Assembly (NCBI GenBank): GCA_050273025.1
Contig: CP158635.1
Span: 18,538,001-18,602,000, forward strand
Reading direction: 5' to 3'
DNA: 64,000 nucleotides
Source of the DNA: Cenococcum geophilum
Lineage: Eukaryota
Of this stretch, positions 63,746 to 64,000 are shown one piece after another (the first letter of the stretch is position 1; the number at the start of each line of letters is the position of its first letter). The position numbers were made by a program, and so were the translations under genes. Under the pieces are notes generated by a model. It searched no databases. It had not been told where the DNA came from and saw only the letters and a list, made by a program, of their open reading frames with translations.

Positions 63746-64000
63746 GCTAAACGTTTACCTATACTTTTTATACTAAGCCTCAAAAAGCTTCCAAAGTCTC
63801 TATATATACTAAGCTCGCTAATATTACGTTAAATCCACGTCTTTAAGTCGTAAAAAGCATACTTAATTAGGTTGAACTCTGGAGAGTATAGAGGAAGATA
63901 TTCTATATAAACACCTACTTTTTTACAAAGAGCTCGGAGCTCCTATTTTATATTAATATATATATATAGTTACTCACCTAATTAACAATCTTACCTAACT

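Larger units (their letters stand above)
47439..64000 (-). mobile_element. RIP-mutated Tc1/mariner (IS630-type DDE) DNA transposon, interrupted by Gypsy; extends past window end; left boundary tentative
   Basis: Minus strand 63746-64000 reads EYLPLYSPEFNLIKYAFYDLKTWI (RIP form of YLPPYSPEFNPIE) and continues across the TSD into ATRSHFQHIGYLVVN* (stop 49530-49532). Candidate left end TA|CAGTGG at 47437-47444. Confidence 0.7.

Noticed and set aside
1..64000. tRNA, rRNA, snRNA or telomerase RNA genes; secondary-metabolite backbone or Starship captain gene
   Set aside because: No diagnostic motifs recognised by eye; a covariance-model scan would be needed to exclude small RNAs.

Overview
Fungal (Pezizomycotina, probably Dothideomycete; inferred from gene content, intron signals and RIP) genomic window in two parts. 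Bases 1-~47,400 are gene-dense with about 22 mostly intron-containing genes: YND1 (partial), a class I glutamine amidotransferase-like protein, an MFS transporter, a cyanamide hydratase, PMC1, a lineage-type kinase, DAD1, RHO4, LCB3, SSP120, TYW2, DUF2293 and LYR/DUF1763 proteins, a CCDC25/DUF814 protein, MZT1, a GNAT, a SAT4/HAL4 kinase, SVF1, a divergent 8-exon histone H4 variant, a DUF4188 monooxygenase and an F-box-like orphan. Small MITE-like relics and one RIP-damaged coiled-coil gene with two 33-bp arrays lie between them. Bases ~47,440-64,000 are an AT-rich, RIP-mutated three-level nest: a Tc1/IS630-type DNA transposon with an adjacent ~600-codon ORF, split by a Gypsy chromovirus (49581-63745, TSD GCTAA), which is split by a Copia element (53360-59567, TSD AGTAT). 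Most notable observations: the H4 variant, an antisense Zn2Cys6-like gene inside the Gypsy element, the possible two-ORF Tc1-like element, the RIP-hit repeat gene and an interlocked pair of perfect inverted repeats at 44.4 kb. All family assignments come from motif recognition by eye; no searches were run.
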